DNA of 41,993 bases from an uncultured Gammaproteobacteria bacterium. GTDB lineage: Bacteria > Patescibacteriota > Patescibacteriia > UBA9934 > GWF2-40-263. Below are positions 7,089-16,088 of the stretch, one piece after another. The translations under genes were made by a program, and so were the position numbers. The stretch is taken from the NCBI GenBank assembly GCA_964355525.1, contig CAYHDY010000004.1, forward strand, positions 1 through 41,993, written 5' to 3'. How positions within the stretch are numbered: the first letter of the stretch is position 1; the number at the start of each line of letters is the position of its first letter. Below the pieces are notes generated by a model that saw nothing but the letters and a program-made list of their open reading frames with translations, had not been told where the DNA came from and made no database searches.

Positions 7089-8143
7089 ATAAGCCGTTTT
7101 AAGAGATCAATAATTTCAGATGCGACATCCGTTTTCAACAGTGTGTGAATCGATTTTCCCATCGTTTCACGTCTTACATCATCGACGAGCAACAATCGAA
7201 TCTCATTCAACACGTCCTCGGACGTGATTTTGTTTTGATCGAGGACGAGGGCAGCGTTCGAAACAGCTCCAGCGTTTGCAATTTGAGTGTGATGCGGAAG
7301 CGGAATGAGAATTGCTGCTTTGTGAAGTGCGGCGAGTTCCGTGATCGTTCCTGTTCCCGCGCGACACACAACAAGATCTGCAAGAGCGAGAGCGTCTTTC
7401 ATTTCATCGGCGAGATATTCCGCGACGTGGTAATGATGCGCGACGGACGATTCGTTCGCGATCCCCTTTCCTTTTCCCGTAACATGAATCACGTTTGCGA
7501 AATTCGAAAGATCTTTCCAAATGTCTTTCATCAAATGATTCAACCATCGCGCACCGCCGCCGCCTCCGAAGACAAGAACCGTCGGTTTCAATTCATCGAT
7601 CGCGAATAATTTCTTCGCACGTTCACGCGAGCCGTTCAACATCGATGAGCGGACAGGGTTTCCGACGAGATGCGTTTTCGATTTCGGAAACGCATCGAGC
7701 GTTTGTTTCCATGCAACCGTGATCATCGAAGCAAACGGCACGAGCAAACGATTCGTCATCACTGGCAATACATCCGATTGATGAATCCATGACGGAATGC
7801 CGAATAATTTTCCAACGAGAACAACCGGCACAGCTGTATATCCTCCTGCCGATGCAATTAACTGCGGTCGCTCGCGTGCAAGAATCACGCATGCTTGAAT
7901 ACACGCGAAGACGAATCGAAATGGAAGCAGGAGCCACTCGATCGAAACGTAACGAGGAAAACGTGCCACAACAATGGAACGAAACGAAATTCCCTCCTTC
8001 TCAACAAAAAATTTCTCCGGACCGTGTTTCGTTCCAACCCAAACGAACTCGATCGAAGAATCTGATTTTCGCCATGCCTCAGCGACAGCGAGAAGCGGAG
8101 TAACGGGACCCAGTGTCCCTCCACCTGTAAAGAGAATTTTCAT
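7070..8143 (-). CDS. murG: undecaprenyldiphospho-muramoylpentapeptide beta-N-acetylglucosaminyltransferase
   Basis: 357 aa. MKILFTGGGTLGPVTPLLAVAEAW..., C-terminal ...CRAGTGTITELAAL, and dcw gene context. Confidence 0.85.
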   Translation of the reverse strand: MKILFTGGGTLGPVTPLLAVAEAWRKSDSSIEFVWVGTKHGPEKFFVEKEGISFRSIVVARFPRYVSIEWLLLPFRFVFACIQACVILARERPQLIASAGGYTAVPVVLVGKLFGIPSWIHQSDVLPVMTNRLLVPFASMITVAWKQTLDAFPKSKTHLVGNPVRSSMLNGSRERAKKLFAIDELKPTVLVFGGGGGARWLNHLMKDIWKDLSNFANVIHVTGKGKGIANESSVAHHYHVAEYLADEMKDALALADLVVCRAGTGTITELAALHKAAILIPLPHHTQIANAGAVSNAALVLDQNKITSEDVLNEIRLLLVDDVRRETMGKSIHTLLKTDVASEIIDLLKRLIKNSTR

Positions 8144-8146
8144 AAT

Positions 8147-9256
8147 CTATTTTTCAAACTTCGACACATTCAACACCACACCAATCGCGCACATGGAGAT
8201 CGCAAGCGCGGTTCCACCGTAGCTGATGAATGGGAGCGGGACGCCGGTGATGGGCATAAGAGCGGCCATTGAGGCGATGTTCTCGAAGGCTTGCGTGACG
8301 AGCCATGCGGCGATTCCGATCACGAGATACTTTGCAAATTTATCCGGCGCGCGTTTTGCAATGCCAACCAATCGCCAAAGAAGAACCATGAACAAGCCGA
8401 TCGTAAACACAGCCATAACGAATCCCATCTCTTCACCGATCACGGCAAAGATGGAATCTCCGGCGACTTCGGGCAAGTATTGAAATTTTTGAAGCGAGCG
8501 TCCATATCCGAATCCAAAGATTCCGCCGGAACCGAGTGCAAGCAACGCTTGGTTAATATGGTAACCGATTCCTTTCGGATCCAACTCCGGATGCAAAAAT
8601 GTTGTAATGCGCGCGGCACGATAAGTCGATGTTGAAATCAACAACCAAAGTCCGCCGATTCCCGTAGCAATCAATCCTCCAAGATAGCCAAGCGGAGCGC
8701 CTGCGACAAAGTAAACGATCAAAGACATTGCAGCGATAATGGACATGCTTCCTGTGTCCGGCTGTAAAATCAAGAGGAGCACAATGACACCGAGCGAAAG
8801 AAGAAACGGGATAAAACCTGAATGAACATCCCGCACACCGTGTTCATCACGCGCACCGAGCCATGCGGCAAGGTAAAACAAAAATGTTAACTTCACAATT
8901 TCAGACGGCTGAACCGAAAAGACTCCACCAATACTAATCCAACTGTGCGATGTTCCGATCCCCGCGGCAAATCCCGGAATAAAAACAAGAACAAGGAGAC
9001 CGATCGAGAGAATCAACAAATTCCATGCATGCGTTCTCCAAAACGTGTATGGAATACGCGAGAACGCAATCAATCCAGCAATCCCCGGAATCAATCCAAA
9101 GATGACCTGATGTTTCAAATAATAATAGCTGTCGCCGAACTGATGATATCCATTTGGCGACGAAGCGGAGAGAAGAACAATCAGACCAAAAAGAATAATC
9201 GCGGAAACGATGCTCAACAAAATATAATCCATTGTACCTTGACCACACGATTGCAT
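8147..9256 (-). CDS. ftsW: FtsW/RodA/SpoVE-family peptidoglycan polymerase
   Basis: 369-aa polytopic membrane protein. It has the ...PDTGSM...LPEVAGDSIFAVIGEEMG...PITGVPLPFISYGGT signature and sits between murG and mraY. The start could be the internal MDYILL. Confidence 0.85.
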   Translation of the reverse strand: MQSCGQGTMDYILLSIVSAIILFGLIVLLSASSPNGYHQFGDSYYYLKHQVIFGLIPGIAGLIAFSRIPYTFWRTHAWNLLILSIGLLVLVFIPGFAAGIGTSHSWISIGGVFSVQPSEIVKLTFLFYLAAWLGARDEHGVRDVHSGFIPFLLSLGVIVLLLILQPDTGSMSIIAAMSLIVYFVAGAPLGYLGGLIATGIGGLWLLISTSTYRAARITTFLHPELDPKGIGYHINQALLALGSGGIFGFGYGRSLQKFQYLPEVAGDSIFAVIGEEMGFVMAVFTIGLFMVLLWRLVGIAKRAPDKFAKYLVIGIAAWLVTQAFENIASMAALMPITGVPLPFISYGGTALAISMCAIGVVLNVSKFEK

Positions 9257-9268
9257 ATTGTCTCGACA

Positions 9269-9293
9269 GTAGGGGCCGGCCTTGTGCCCGCCC
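9269..9293 (-). repeat. REP-like GC-rich hairpin (family GGGCRGGCACAAGRCCKGCCCCTAC)
   Basis: GTAGGGGCCGGCCTTGTGCCCGCCC is the near reverse complement of 40520-40544. It is intergenic between ftsW and mraY. Confidence 0.6.
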
Positions 9294-9323
9294 TGTGATG
9301 TAAAATGAAAAAACTGAACGAAA

Positions 9324-10379
9324 TCAAATCAACGCATCAAGCAACACAACGGCGACACCCAATGCAGCCGCGACCATCGAGATCACCCACAAGCGCATAA
9401 CGATTTGCGGTTCCGGCCAACCGATCGCTTCAAGATGATGATGAAACGGTGAAGAACGAAATAATTTTCGTTTGAAAACTTTTTTCCAAAATAATTGTAC
9501 GATCACGGAAAGCGATTCGAGAACAAACACAAGACCAATGAGAGGAAGGATGAACGCCGTGTTTGTCAGCATCGCAACAATTCCAAGCGTGACACCAAGC
9601 GACATTGCACCGGTATCTCCCATGAAAAATGCCGCAGGATGAATGTTAAACCAGAGAAACGCGAGGAGTGCACCAAGAATAACTCCGCAAAAAACAGCAA
9701 GATCATATCGCCCTTGCGAAAACGCAATGATGGCGTAGGCAGCGAACGATGTCATGAGTGTTCCGCCCGCAAGACCATCGAGTCCATCTGTTTCGTTCAC
9801 CGAAAATGCGGTCGCGACAATCACGAGAAGAAAAAACGGAACGTACCACATGCCGATATGAAAATCACCGAGAAACGGAACGTGTAAAAAATCCCAATCT
9901 AATTTTGTGCGGAACCACCACGCCCCAACAAGAGCAATCGCGGTATACACCATCAATCGATGTCGCATGCGTAATCCTCCCCCCTTGGGACCAATTCCTC
10001 GAACATTGAAATAATCATCCAGTAATCCGACAAGGGCCGAGGCAACAAGGGCACCAAGTGGAAGCAACGTTTCTGAGCGTGAAAGAAAATTAAGATTCGA
10101 CAAAAGAGAATCTATTGAAAAATAGGGTGTAACGATTGAAAAAAGAATTGCGAGAAAAAGAACCGTTCCCCAAATAAGCAAACCGCCCATGGTCGGCGTC
10201 CCTTGTTTTTTTGCATGAAGGGCGGCAAACACTGGAGCATCCTTTGCTGCACGAATCGATTTGCCCATCTTCCATTTCTTCAACGATTGCAAAAGAAGCG
10301 GTGCCCAGGTAAACGCAAATAAAAATGCGATCGCACTTAAAAATAAAACGCGAACGAGTTCGAAGGATTCAAGAGGCAT
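9324..10379 (-). CDS. mraY: phospho-N-acetylmuramoyl-pentapeptide-transferase
   Basis: 351 aa. Motifs KQGTPTMGG, LLDDYFN, NETDGLDGLAGG and HHHLE. Confidence 0.9.
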   Translation of the reverse strand: MPLESFELVRVLFLSAIAFLFAFTWAPLLLQSLKKWKMGKSIRAAKDAPVFAALHAKKQGTPTMGGLLIWGTVLFLAILFSIVTPYFSIDSLLSNLNFLSRSETLLPLGALVASALVGLLDDYFNVRGIGPKGGGLRMRHRLMVYTAIALVGAWWFRTKLDWDFLHVPFLGDFHIGMWYVPFFLLVIVATAFSVNETDGLDGLAGGTLMTSFAAYAIIAFSQGRYDLAVFCGVILGALLAFLWFNIHPAAFFMGDTGAMSLGVTLGIVAMLTNTAFILPLIGLVFVLESLSVIVQLFWKKVFKRKLFRSSPFHHHLEAIGWPEPQIVMRLWVISMVAAALGVAVVLLDALI

Positions 10380-10770
10380 AGGAGATATTTAAAAGAACAA
10401 TGAGAATCATTGCGCCAAGAAAAACACATTCAAGGATCACTGTTGCAACAGCGATTATGAGTGCCAACAGTTTCTCTCGACGAAACGCAACGGTCTGAAC
10501 ACAAAGGTTAAACAAAAATAAACACAATCCAAGAATCGGCAAAACAAAAATTTGATTCCACGGTCCCAACTGATCAACTCCGAGATAGATATTATAATGA
10601 AGTGGAATGAATGGCCGTGCCACGCGAAGCGGAACGATGCGCAAAATCGGCAGTGCAACATCTAATGCACAAAGAATAAACGCCAAAATCGCGCTCCACA
10701 AAAAACGCGGGAGCTTGAGCATTTCGTACATGTCTGAAAAAAAATGTTGTAACCGTTTTTGTAGACGCAT
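10369..10770 (-). CDS. hypothetical membrane protein
   Basis: Track ORF 10369-10830 trimmed to the internal start MRLQKRL..., which abuts the Nfu stop. It has four hydrophobic segments. Confidence 0.5.
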   Translation of the reverse strand: MRLQKRLQHFFSDMYEMLKLPRFLWSAILAFILCALDVALPILRIVPLRVARPFIPLHYNIYLGVDQLGPWNQIFVLPILGLCLFLFNLCVQTVAFRREKLLALIIAVATVILECVFLGAMILIVLLNISYAS

Positions 10771-10771
10771 G

Positions 10772-11011
10772 TTATTCAACCGAGATAACTTCTTTAATTT
10801 CAGGAATTGCATCCTGAAGTGCGGCCTCAACCCCCATCTTCAGAGTGATTTGCGACATGGGACATCCGACGCATGCTCCTTGCAAACGCACATGAGCCGC
10901 TCCCGTCACCGGATCAAATTTAACCAGCATGATTCCCCCGCCGTCCATTCGGAGCGCGGGACGAATCTGCGCCAAAACGGCTTCAATGCGTTCTTCCATT
11001 TTTTGTTCCAT
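10772..11011 (-). CDS. NifU C-terminal domain (Nfu-like) Fe-S assembly protein
   Basis: Internal start MEQKMEERIEAVLAQIRPALRMDGGGIMLVKFD...VRLQGACVGCPMSQITLK carries the Nfu CxxC motif. The upstream part of the track ORF crosses a terminator and is rejected. Confidence 0.75.
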   Translation of the reverse strand: MEQKMEERIEAVLAQIRPALRMDGGGIMLVKFDPVTGAAHVRLQGACVGCPMSQITLKMGVEAALQDAIPEIKEVISVE

Positions 11012-11042
11012 AGCGATCAAAGTATATCGGTTTTTTAGTATT

Positions 11043-11109
11043 CCATCAAACAAAACCACCCTTCGATATATCACGTCGTTCGCGAACGACGTGATGAACT
11101 CAGGGTGGT
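11043..11109 (-). terminator. compound hairpin terminator after rpmA
   Basis: Outer stem ACCACCCT/AGGGTGGT encloses the 26-nt perfect palindrome ATCACGTCGTTCGCGAACGACGTGAT. It is followed on the minus strand by TTTTGTTTG. Confidence 0.55.
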
Positions 11110-11117
11110 ATTGTTTA

Positions 11118-11405
11118 CTATTCAGATTTTGGTGATGCAATGTTTGCAAACTTGCGCGTTCCGAGGACTCCATGAAAATTCTGCACTTTCTTTTGTGTGA
11201 ATTTCACGATGCCGTTGATCGCTGCAAACAAAGTGTCGTCTTTTCCTTTTCGGACGTTCAGTCCTGGGTGGATTTTGGTTCCACGTTGTCGAGCGATGAT
11301 TTGGCCGGCTTTTACAACTTCTCCGTCGTGAATCTTCACGCCAAGACGTTGCGCCTGCGAATCACGCCCAAGTTGGGTAGACCCACCCGCTTTCTTATGT
11401 GCCAT
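11118..11405 (-). CDS. rpmA: 50S ribosomal protein L27
   Basis: [24 protein letters not shown]...[15 protein letters not shown] is the canonical L27 sequence. Confidence 0.95.
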   Translation of the reverse strand: MAHKKAGGSTQLGRDSQAQRLGVKIHDGEVVKAGQIIARQRGTKIHPGLNVRKGKDDTLFAAINGIVKFTQKKVQNFHGVLGTRKFANIASPKSE

Positions 11406-11438
11406 AGGAGGTTATTGGTGAGGAATATTACTGACGGA

Positions 11439-11467
11439 AGTGTAGAGGTTTGAAGGGAAAGTGTCAA
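11439..11467 (-). promoter_or_regulatory. sigma70-like promoter TTGACA-N17-TACACT upstream of rpmA
   Basis: The minus strand reads TTGACActttcccttcaaacctcTACACT, directly abutting double-hairpin element copy A. Confidence 0.5.
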
Positions 11468-11476
11468 GATGACTCA

Positions 11477-11612
11477 CGTCCCCACCCATACCCTCCCCTG
11501 TGGTCAGGGGAGGGGTAGCACATTGAATCGATTTATTCACGCTCCCTCCCCCTGAGCACAGGGGGAGTCGGCCTGCCCACCGAAGCCTTGGCGTAGGTGG
11601 GAGGGGGACGCG
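11477..11612 (+). repeat. double-hairpin element (DHE) copy A, with a 29-nt internal insertion
   Basis: Layout, 5' to 3':
- CGTCCCCACCCATA.
- Hairpin 1: CCCTCCCCTG-TGGT-CAGGGGAGGG.
- Spacer core: ATTGAATCG.
- Hairpin 2: CTCCCCCTG-AGCA-CAGGGGGAG.
- Insert: CCTGCCCACCGAAGCCTTGGCGTAGGTGG.
- GAGGGGGACGCG. Confidence 0.85.
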
Positions 11613-11659
11613 AAACAAAAAGACCGCTCCCTGTTCTCATGTGAGATACCAGGAAGCGG
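11613..11659 (-). terminator. intrinsic terminator after the 170-aa membrane gene
   Basis: The minus strand reads CCGCTTCCTG-loop-CAGGGAGCGG (one mismatch) followed by TCTTTTTGTTT. Confidence 0.55.
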
Positions 11660-11676
11660 CAGGTTGAAACGATTCG

Positions 11677-12189
11677 TCACGGGCAGCAGGGACATCCGAG
11701 ATCGTGCTTGGCGTCGTACGTTGCGTCCGACAAGCACGGATCCGAAGTTCCGCGAGCCGCACGCCGAGATGACCGCGACGGCGAAGCTGTACGCGATGCC
11801 GGCGGTGGCGTGTAAGCCGGTGCCACAGGAGCGATTGCCGGCGCCGACGGGAACGTCGAAGCCATCAGCGCTGCAGGTCCCGCCACGAAATGCGGGTAGA
11901 CCCTGATCGCCACGAGCACGATCGCGATGACGACGAATCCTCCGCGAACGTACACATTGTGCACGAAGTGGAAGAGGATCCCTGCCATCACCGCGAGCCC
12001 GAGCGTTCCGAAAATCGTCAACGTCAGGCTGTGGTCGAATCCAGCAGACCAAGGACGCAGGATCAGCACCAGAATCGCAGCCGAAAGCAAGATGAAGGCC
12101 TTGCCGCCCACGTGCATGTGCGCATGGAACGCCATCCACACGATTCCACAGAGAGCAACAAACGTGAGCAGAAAGAAAAGTGTGTCCAT
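11677..12189 (-). CDS. hypothetical membrane protein (GC-rich island 1)
   Basis: 170 aa with an N-terminal ~100 aa of four hydrophobic helices and a Pro/Ala/Ser-rich tail. AAGGAG lies 8 nt upstream of the ATG. Other frames here are judged to be shadow ORFs. Confidence 0.55.
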   Translation of the reverse strand: MDTLFFLLTFVALCGIVWMAFHAHMHVGGKAFILLSAAILVLILRPWSAGFDHSLTLTIFGTLGLAVMAGILFHFVHNVYVRGGFVVIAIVLVAIRVYPHFVAGPAALMASTFPSAPAIAPVAPAYTPPPASRTASPSRSSRRAARGTSDPCLSDATYDAKHDLGCPCCP

Positions 12190-12302
12190 CTGAAATTCTC
12201 CTTGATCGACTTGCGATCAGTGATTCGTCGTTTGTAAAGGCAAGTTACATACCCGCCTTTGTCGATTGATCGAGCACAGAGATTGTTCACTTTGAACGGA
12301 AT

Positions 12303-12331
12303 AATATACCACAAAAATGCGGTTTTGTCAA
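12303..12331 (-). promoter_or_regulatory. promoter TTGACA-N17-TATATT (leftward)
   Basis: The minus strand reads TTGACAaaaccgcatttttgtggTATATT. It is near-identical to the rightward promoter at 12364-12392. Confidence 0.6.
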
Positions 12332-12363
12332 CCGATAGGCGATGAAATTTGTCCGTCGGGACA

Positions 12364-12392
12364 TTGACAAAATCGTATTTTTGTGCTATATT
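12364..12392 (+). promoter_or_regulatory. promoter TTGACA-N17-TATATT (rightward)
   Basis: TTGACAaaatcgtatttttgtgcTATATT. GGGAGG lies 6 nt upstream of the ATG at 12492. Confidence 0.6.
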
Positions 12393-12491
12393 GAAGCGTT
12401 ACCATTTGCAGAGGATATGGTGCAAGTAACATGTTTTTAACGGCAACAAGGCCGTTACGAACATTCATCCTTTTTTTTCGGGAGGACAATC

Positions 12492-13907
12492 ATGGCATTC
12501 GGCAAAATCAAGATCGGAAAATCGTGGCACAATCGGTTGTTCGTCAAGGCGTACATCGAGGATAGCGCCTCGTGGCGGTTGCTGACAGAAGCGGAATGGA
12601 ACGTCTTGCACGACCACGCGCAGAAGTTGTTCGCCGAAGAGAAAGCCGAAGTCGGCCGACTCTACGAGGTCTACCACACGAAGCTGAACGATCTGTCCTG
12701 CAAGCGCGAGGATCACGAAGTGAGCCTGCGCGAATATGAGCAGGCCGACGGCGCACTCATGGAAAAGAAACGTGAATGGTTCGACGCGCAGAAGGTTCTC
12801 GTGCACGAGCGCAATGCGCAGCAGCTGCGCGAGCGGTACGAAGCCGGTCTGGTCTCGTTATGCCCCTACTTCCACAGCGTGTGGTGGGCGCTCCTGTGGT
12901 ACGTGATCCTGATCCCCGCCGGCCGCGCGACCAACCGCAAGATGAGCCAACTCGGGGACATCCTCGGAAGCATCACGGGTTCGTTCGGTGGGTTCATCGT
13001 GAACAAGATCGAGACTGCCATCGAAAAAGGACTCTATTTCGGCGGCAAGATGTCGATGAGGTTCTATCTGCGATTCCAGAACCCCATCGACAACAGCGTC
13101 GCGATCGCAACCAAAGTAGGGACGGCCGTTTCGAAGGTTGTCGTGATGTTGGGTGCAGTGGCGATCATCTTGGCTCTCCTGTTCTCCGCAGGCAAATGGG
13201 CTGTCGACTCCGTCAACGAGTGGCGGGTCGAGAGCGCGCGGGAAGAACGGCAAGCCAAGGAAACCGAGAAATGGAACCTCGAGCAAGAAGCTCGCGTGAT
13301 CCGGCAAGCGGCAGAGTTTCAGCGGCTTGCCAAGGAAGAGGCAGAAAAGTGGCAGGCCGGAGCTGCGGCGCGCGAAGCAAAGCAACTCGAAGATACGAAA
13401 CTTCGTGCGGAGAAGGAACGGTTGGAAGCGCTGGAACGTCAGCAATTCCTGCGTGACAATCCGGACATCGCTGCACAGGAACGCGCCGAGGCTGAGCAAA
13501 AGGTTCAGAAGAAGCGCGAGACGGATGCGAAGTGGGCGGAGATGAACGCACTGGAAGCTCAACGTGAAGAAATTCAGACGCGATTCGAAGTCGTGAACAA
13601 GGAAGTCGACTTTCGACGTACGCTCCTCATGGGCGACCTTGCACTCGGCGGCGCGGCGCTTCTGATCCTCATCGGGTTCTTCACGGTTCGGTTCGTGATC
13701 CCGTTCGGAAAGCGCGTCCATGCCAGAATGGTGAAAACGTCGTTCGTGATTCGCACGAACACGTTCGCCAAGAGCTCGGCACGGCGCGTCAAGACATTCG
13801 GCATGGGCATCAAGGACACAGCGATTCTCGTGGGACAGTTCCTGCGCGCGTCGTATCGTGGCATTTGCCCGTACATCGAGTTCGAAAAAACGGATCAGGA
13901 TCGCTGA
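12492..13907 (+). CDS. hypothetical coiled-coil membrane protein (GC-rich island 1)
   Basis: 471 aa. It has hydrophobic segments near residues 125-150, 215-235 and 395-415. A long E/R/K/A/Q-rich stretch (REERQAKETEKWNLEQEARVIRQAAEFQRLAKEEAEKWQ...) is also present. It has a strong RBS and its own terminator. Confidence 0.65.
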   Translation: MAFGKIKIGKSWHNRLFVKAYIEDSASWRLLTEAEWNVLHDHAQKLFAEEKAEVGRLYEVYHTKLNDLSCKREDHEVSLREYEQADGALMEKKREWFDAQKVLVHERNAQQLRERYEAGLVSLCPYFHSVWWALLWYVILIPAGRATNRKMSQLGDILGSITGSFGGFIVNKIETAIEKGLYFGGKMSMRFYLRFQNPIDNSVAIATKVGTAVSKVVVMLGAVAIILALLFSAGKWAVDSVNEWRVESAREERQAKETEKWNLEQEARVIRQAAEFQRLAKEEAEKWQAGAAAREAKQLEDTKLRAEKERLEALERQQFLRDNPDIAAQERAEAEQKVQKKRETDAKWAEMNALEAQREEIQTRFEVVNKEVDFRRTLLMGDLALGGAALLILIGFFTVRFVIPFGKRVHARMVKTSFVIRTNTFAKSSARRVKTFGMGIKDTAILVGQFLRASYRGICPYIEFEKTDQDR

Positions 13908-13916
13908 ACCGTTCTC

Positions 13917-13948
13917 GCCGGAAGTCGCTTCTCGACTTCCGGCTTTTT
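13917..13948 (+). terminator. intrinsic terminator
   Basis: GCCGGAAGTCG-CTTCT-CGACTTCCGGC followed by TTTTT. Confidence 0.8.
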
Positions 13949-13968
13949 AATTTCAAAGAAAAGCAAAA

Positions 13969-14000
13969 GCGGGGTCTGGGGACCCCGCCCATAGCTGAGG
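13969..14000 (+). repeat. 32-nt GC-rich repeat, copy 1 (intergenic)
   Basis: GCGGGGTCTGGGGACCCCGCCCATAGCTGAGG abuts the pyrG stop codon. It contains the hairpin GGGGTC-TGGG-GACCCC. Confidence 0.8.
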
Positions 14001-14001
14001 A

Positions 14002-15621
14002 TTATCGAGAAGATGCTTTTATGAACGCTTTAAACAACGGATGCGGTCGCAATGGTCTTGATTGAAACTCGGGATGGAATTGGACACCGACGAAGAACGG
14101 ATGATCTTTCAGTTCGACGATTTCAACGAGATCTTTGTCCGGATTCACACCGGAAATCACCAATCCTTTTTTCTCAAGTTCTGCACGATAGTCATTGTTA
14201 AATTCGTATCGATGACGATGACGTTCTTCGATCGTCGCCTCGCCGTATGCTTTTCGCGCAACCGTATTTGCGGCGAGATCACACGCGTACGCACCGAGTC
14301 GGAGCGTGCCACCGTATTTTTTATCTTTCATGAGTTTGTCTTGACCGGCGAGCAGATGAATCACGGGATGTGTTGTCTTCGCGTCGATCTCCGTTGTGTT
14401 CGCATCTTTCCATCCGAGAACGTTGCGAGCGTATTCGATCACTGCGCATTGCATGCCGTAACACAAACCGAGATACGGAATCTTTTTCTCGCGGCAATAA
14501 CGGATCGCGCGAATTTTTCCTTCGATGCCGCGCGAACCGAATCCGCCTGGAATCAACACACCATCGTAAGACGACAATTCTTTGACGGCTCCTTCACTCT
14601 TTTCATACTCTTCCGCGTTCAACCAATGAATCTCGGCTTTCACATCCGAATCCGCGGCCGCATGTTTGATCGCTTCGAGAACCGAAATATATGCGTCCGA
14701 CAAGGTGAAATCTCCCGTGGAAAAATACTTTCCGATCACGGCGATCTTCACGATCTTTTTTGCTTTTTCGATTTTATCTGTGAATGTATGCCATGCGATA
14801 AGATCATTCTTCTTCGCGCGCAGTCCGAATGATTTCAAAATTTTCCCCGCGAAACTTTGTTCCTCGAACATATCCGGAATCAAGTACACCGATTTTGCAT
14901 CCGGTGCGCTGATGATGTGATCCCACGGCACGGAACAAAATTGCGCGATCTTTTCTTTCCGCGGACGATCCATGCTCATTTCCGATCGCCCGACAACAAA
15001 GTCCGCTTGAATTCCGGCGGAGTTCAATGTGCGAACCGCGTACTGCGTCGGTTTGGTTTTCATTTCCCCGATCGACGGAGGAACCGGCAAATAACTGACC
15101 AACACGAATTTCACCCGATCCGGATGTGCAGCCTTCATCATGCGTGCCGCTTCAAGAAACAAAATGTTTTGATACTCTCCGACTGTCCCGCCAATTTCGA
15201 CGAGAGCAATATCCGCCTTCGCATCCTTCGCCGCTTTTTCGATACGTGAAATAATTTCGAGTGGAACGTGCGGCACAACCTCGACACACTTGCCGCCGTA
15301 TTCCAAATTGCGTTCACGTTCGATGACGGATTGATACACACGACCCGTGGTCATGTAATTTTTACTGGTGATATTAATGTCGAGATAACGCTCGTACGTT
15401 CCGATGTCTTGATCGCATTCGTCACCATCCACGGTCACAAACACTTCACCGTGTTCAACCGGATTCATCGTACCTGCGTCTACGTTCACATACGGATCGA
15501 TCTTGATCGCCGTGACTTTATATCCTTTCGCGCCAAGCGTAAGTCCAAGCGCCGCAGCCGATGTTCCCTTTCCGACTCCAGACATCACTCCTCCCACGAC
15601 GAATATGTATCGATGAATCAT
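14002..15621 (-). CDS. pyrG: CTP synthase
   Basis: 539 aa. IFVVGGVMSGVGKGTSAAALG, and a C-terminal glutamine amidotransferase domain with GLCYGMQ and HRHRYEFN. Confidence 0.95.
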   Translation of the reverse strand: MIHRYIFVVGGVMSGVGKGTSAAALGLTLGAKGYKVTAIKIDPYVNVDAGTMNPVEHGEVFVTVDGDECDQDIGTYERYLDINITSKNYMTTGRVYQSVIERERNLEYGGKCVEVVPHVPLEIISRIEKAAKDAKADIALVEIGGTVGEYQNILFLEAARMMKAAHPDRVKFVLVSYLPVPPSIGEMKTKPTQYAVRTLNSAGIQADFVVGRSEMSMDRPRKEKIAQFCSVPWDHIISAPDAKSVYLIPDMFEEQSFAGKILKSFGLRAKKNDLIAWHTFTDKIEKAKKIVKIAVIGKYFSTGDFTLSDAYISVLEAIKHAAADSDVKAEIHWLNAEEYEKSEGAVKELSSYDGVLIPGGFGSRGIEGKIRAIRYCREKKIPYLGLCYGMQCAVIEYARNVLGWKDANTTEIDAKTTHPVIHLLAGQDKLMKDKKYGGTLRLGAYACDLAANTVARKAYGEATIEERHRHRYEFNNDYRAELEKKGLVISGVNPDKDLVEIVELKDHPFFVGVQFHPEFQSRPLRPHPLFKAFIKASSR

Positions 15622-15633
15622 ACGAACGAAAAA

Positions 15634-16077
15634 TTATGTTCCTTCAACGGTTAAACGAATTTCTGCGTCGAAATTGTAAGGGAGATCCACACGAATCGTT
15701 TTTTCGCACGGAGACTTAATGGGTTCCGGAAGATCAATCATTTCATCGTCGATGGAGAATCCGGCTTTTTTCAATGCTTTGACGATCATCTTCTTTGTCA
15801 CAGCCGCATACAAAACCCCATCATCATTCATCTTTTCCTCAATCGTCAATTCATATCCATCGAGCTTCTCTGCGATCTTCCCTGTGTCTGCGATCGCTTT
15901 TTTAGATTCCTTCTTTGCGATCTGATCTTTCTCTTTCAATTTCTGAATCGCTTCCTCCGTCGCAGCAATCGCGATGTTTTGCGGAAACAAAAAATTCCGT
16001 GCGTGTCCGTCCGACACTTCCACAACGGTTCCTTCTTTCCCAAGCGTCTTCACATCTTCAAGCAAAATAACTTTCAT
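15634..16077 (-). CDS. rplI: 50S ribosomal protein L9
   Basis: [36 protein letters not shown] is the canonical L9 N-terminus. Confidence 0.9.
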   Translation of the reverse strand: MKVILLEDVKTLGKEGTVVEVSDGHARNFLFPQNIAIAATEEAIQKLKEKDQIAKKESKKAIADTGKIAEKLDGYELTIEEKMNDDGVLYAAVTKKMIVKALKKAGFSIDDEMIDLPEPIKSPCEKTIRVDLPYNFDAEIRLTVEGT

Positions 16078-16088
16078 ACATCGATCAA

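Noticed and set aside
11412-12139. ORFs 11412-11618 and 11537-12139 (minus strand) reading through double-hairpin element copy A.
   Set aside because: Their peptides (..PLCSGGGS..TPPLTTGEGMGGDV..) are simply translations of the repeat. The same pseudo-peptides reappear at 30119-30509 and 37341-38315. They overlap a terminator and a promoter.
12544-13992. Multiple long alternative-frame ORFs: 12544-12756, 12776-13456, 12858-13721, 13213-13551 and 13574-13876, plus two short ORFs (13810-13992, 13865-14065) that extend past the gene end.
   Set aside because: These are Arg/Pro/Ala-rich shadow ORFs typical of GC-rich DNA. They overlap the 471-aa frame, which alone has an RBS, a promoter, a terminator and a sensible hydrophobic/coiled-coil organisation.
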